Shown piece by piece: positions 63,401 through 64,000 of a DNA stretch of 64,000 nt (positions are counted from its first letter, which is position 1; the number at the start of each line of letters is the position of its first letter). Under the pieces are notes generated by a model, which saw only the letters and a list, made by a program, of their open reading frames with translations, made no database searches and was not told where the DNA came from. Source of the DNA: Mytilus edulis (lineage: Eukaryota); the NCBI RefSeq assembly GCF_963676685.1, contig NC_092347.1, positions 62,992,001 to 63,056,000 on the forward strand, read 5' to 3'. The position numbers were made by a program, and so were the translations under genes.

Positions 63401-63698
63401 AAATTTCGACATTTCATTCTTTCGGTTTATAATTATCATTCGATATTTTACTTCAGTATAAAGTGAAAGTTTAAGGCTTTACAGATTTTAATTAAATGAG
63501 AGTTGAAAATTCTGCAGCCATGTTTAGGTAGTCCTTTTATGTATTTCAGGTTGGCAATGGCTAAACTGGGACAATTTTGTGCCTGCTAATAAATGCTTTC
63601 GACCCCTTGAGATGGTGATTACTCAGGGTTACAATCCCTTCCATCCACCAAGAACTATATTGCGTGATTCTCAGAAAATGAAAAATGAAGACATTTAG
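58173..63698 (+). CDS. NUDT15: Nudix hydrolase 15-like (NUDT15/MTH2), 3 coding exons, 167 aa
   Basis: Exons 58173-58330 ([53 protein letters not shown]), 60189-60385 ([49 protein letters not shown]...EPDKCE), 63550-63698 ([10 protein letters not shown]...QGYNPF...*). Nudix box split across intron 1; phases 2,1; 504 nt. Confidence 0.93.
58910..59545 (+). repeat. Array of about 4 diverged 152-167 bp satellite-like units in NUDT15 intron 1, probably a Helentron-like core repeat
   Basis: Recurring AGGG(G/A)CATAACTC...AAACTTGATCTGTATTTTGTGGTAATAAGCATTGTGTATAAGTTTC...ACGGAAACT at about 58970, 59137, 59289 and 59449. Confidence 0.75.
60426..60728. mobile_element. Second copy of the PIF/Harbinger-like MITE, opposite orientation, nested in another MITE (about 60391-60940)
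   Basis: Same TIRs, TTA target duplication. Host bounded by TTAGGCCCAAAA / TTTTGGCCTAA. Confidence 0.88.
61015..61875 (-). mobile_element. 5'-truncated LINE 3' end (RTE-X-like), antisense in NUDT15 intron 2
   Basis: Minus strand [47 protein letters not shown]...SCPNF...KLIWLMN...KNC* (stop 61573-61575), then a 3' UTR, AATAAA and an (ATCTT)n tail at 61015-61045. Confidence 0.88.
61312..61555 (-). ncRNA. Candidate structured RNA element (two tandem hairpin copies) in LINE 3' UTR
   Basis: Copies at 61555-61484 and 61389-61312 share the consensus of the 54214-54544 motif, with compensatory stem changes. Confidence 0.7.
62370..63205. mobile_element. Non-autonomous DNA transposon (Merlin-like, tentative) in NUDT15 intron 2
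   Basis: TIRs GGTCCTACTAAAA / TTTTAGTAGGACC, subterminal arrays of AGCGCCCGGG / CCCGGGCGCT, flanking 8-9 bp duplication (C)GTTTTAAT. Confidence 0.82.
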
Positions 63699-64000
63699 TC
63701 TTAAGAAGTGCATATATAAACCTGGAATATGATGAAAAGTCAGGCTTCATGGCCTATCATGGCAACAAGGAATAACGCACGCTTTACAAAAAAAATCAAT
63801 TGTAACGAAAACCGAAAAAAAGACTATTATATCAGAAACATACATAAAACCATAGTTATGTAGAATTGAATAAACATCGATTTGCATTGTTAGACAAAAT
63901 AAAGTTGAATCTAGTATGAAATAGTTTGTGTTGGGTTTAAGCTTTAAATTAAAATAATACAAATCATTTTAGTTTTTTCTGTCATGTCTGTCTAGTTTCT

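Noticed and set aside
2686-63698. USP, TLR, CH25H and NUDT15 as a co-regulated stress/immune cluster or horizontally acquired operon
   Set aside because: Genes are far apart, on mixed strands and mostly have spliceosomal introns; USP genes are known in lophotrochozoans. The sequence gives no evidence of co-regulation or recent transfer.

Overview
AT-rich eukaryotic genomic DNA, most likely from a bivalve mollusc; the repeat landscape looks Mytilus-like (inference). Five protein-coding genes can be reconstructed: a 4-exon universal stress protein (USP) gene (-), a C1orf43/NICE-3 orthologue with 5 coding exons (+, head-to-head with USP), a Toll-like receptor with an intronless CDS (+), an intronless cholesterol 25-hydroxylase-like gene (-) and a 3-exon NUDT15-like Nudix hydrolase (+). 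The rest is dense in mobile DNA: a decayed Ty3/Gypsy pol, an internally deleted Tc1 element, two 5'-truncated LINE ends, tRNA-derived SINEs, several MITE families (some nested), Helentron-like elements carrying internal satellite arrays, a minisatellite and hammerhead-ribozyme repeats (retrozyme-like). The most interesting signal is a conserved, covarying RNA structure that occurs twice in the 3' UTR of each LINE, as tandem hairpins in one and as a nested, circularly permuted pair in the other; I cannot match it to a known ribozyme or RNA family. Also notable: a perfect 120-bp palindrome whose pre-duplication state survives in a paralogous copy 20 kb away, a TLR with a BB-loop Pro-to-Leu change, and an IRF-type element just upstream of the CH25H-like gene. 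All structures and alignments were derived by eye.
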